A DNA stretch of 64,000 nt from Octopus sinensis (Eukaryota). A program made the position numbers and the translations under genes. The notes under the pieces were generated by a model that was not told the origin of the DNA, did not search any database, and saw nothing but the letters and a program-made list of their open reading frames with translations. How positions within the stretch are numbered: position 1 is the stretch's first letter; each line of letters starts with the position of its first letter. Below, in pieces: positions 62,780 through 64,000 of the stretch. Location of the stretch: the NCBI RefSeq assembly GCF_006345805.1, contig NC_043009.1, positions 44,392,001-44,456,000 of the forward strand, written 5' to 3'.

Positions 62780-63152
62780 ACTCGTTTACTTGTTTCAGTC
62801 ATTTGACTGTGGCCATGCTGGAGCACCGCCTTTAGTCGAGCAAATCGACCCCATGACATATTCCTTGTAAGCCTAGTACTTATTCTATTGGTCTCTTTTG
62901 CCGAACCGCTAAGTTACAGAGACGTAAACACACCAGCATCGGTTGTCAAGTGATGTTGGGGGCGACAAACACAGACATACAAACACATATATATACGACG
63001 ATCTTCTTTCAGTTTCCGTCTACCAAATCCACTCACAAGGCTTTGGTCAGCCTGAGGCTATAGTAGAAGACACTTGCCCAAGGTGCCACGCAGTGGGACT
63101 GAACCCGGAACCATGTGATTGGTAAGCAAGCTACTTACCACACAGCCACTCC
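62780..63152 (-). mobile_element. CORE-type SINE, full length; degraded + copy at 62375-62510
   Basis: Reverse family match. Confidence 0.9.
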
Positions 63153-63411
63153 ACCTTTAAGTTGTATAAATAAATGTCTTATTCTGATTTGATACCACTT
63201 GTCTACTTGTTTGCTCTGTTAATATATATGTGTGTGTGTGTGTGTGTGTCCTTATCTTGATAACATGTGACAGTTGTAAATGAGTGTCATTGTTGTACAT
63301 GCAGGATCATTTATTTCCAGTATTCTGTGAGAGCGTGTCTGGCCGTGAGGAAAATATTAATTCTCTGTCTCGATTTATCTCTAGTAAAAAGAGGCAAAGG
63401 TTACCTTCTCC

Positions 63412-63660
63412 ATCATCATCGTTTAGCGTCCGCTTTCCATGCTAGCATGGGTTGGACGGTTCAACTGGGGTCTGGGAAGCCAGAAGGCTGCACCAGGCCC
63501 AGTCTGATCTGGCAATGTTTCTACGGCTGGATGCCCTTCCTAACGCAAACCACTCCGTGAGTGTAGTAGGTGCCTTTTACGTGCCACCGGCACAGGTGCC
63601 AGACGAGGCTGGCAAACGGCCACGATCGGATGGTGCTTTTTACGTGCCACCGGCACGAGC
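63412..63660 (-). mobile_element. Meta-type SINE with RTE tail
   Basis: Nearly identical to 13335-13635. Confidence 0.9.
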
Positions 63661-63699
63661 CATGCCAATTCATAAGGGCTGGTTTCCATGGCATATAAA

Positions 63700-63890
63700 T
63701 TCCCCACCTGGATAGGGTGCCAGTACATTGTAAGCTTACTCATTTTTATCAGTTGAGTGGACTGGAGCAATGTGAAATTAAGTGTTTTTCTCAAGAACAC
63801 AATGTGCTGCCCGGTCCAGAAATCGAAACCACAATCTTACGACCATGAGTTCAGCACCCTAACCACCAAGCCATATGTGCCTCCACATGT
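63700..63890 (-). mobile_element. tRNA-derived SINE (OK-like) 5' part
   Basis: Reverse complement reads tggcttggtggttagggtg...ggtttcgatttc...gtgttcttgagaaaaacacttaatttcac. Confidence 0.7.
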
Positions 63891-64000
63891 CGATCTCTTT
63901 CTTTCTCTCAACCAGAAATTGAAACTGTATCCCCTTGGTTTGCTGGGAGCTTACCAACACTTTATGGCACTTGCATATGCATGTGTGTGTGTGTGCGCGT

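Overview
AT-rich, repeat-saturated animal genomic DNA. The SINE repertoire (tRNA-headed CORE-type, Deu/Nin-type and Meta-type SINEs with RTE tails) and the dense (TA)n/(CA)n tracts point to an octopus; this is inferred from recalled family features, not a search. I found no intact host protein-coding gene, rRNA, true tRNA or CRISPR array. All recognisable coding remnants are decayed transposon ORFs: RTE, Tx1/L1, CR1, Penelope GIY-YIG, an RLE-type LINE and a hAT Charlie/Buster-type transposase. The notable structures are: (1) a homogeneous 347-bp satellite (16 copies plus a partial one, 56567-62300) joined to a G-rich flank that looks like a diverged relative of the unit and to a Meta-type SINE; (2) a 2.2-kb foldback element (32261-34474) with modular long TIRs, GG..CC ends and an 8-bp TSD; (3) several minimal type-I hammerhead-ribozyme-like motifs, mostly in Penelope-like termini, including an 84-nt palindrome with a hammerhead-like motif on each strand (28531-28614) and a degraded sister copy (23276-23379); (4) nested insertions (Helitron in hAT, piggyBac MITE in hAT MITE) and SINE-derived tandem arrays. 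Coordinates were read by eye and most boundaries are approximate to within about 10-20 bp.
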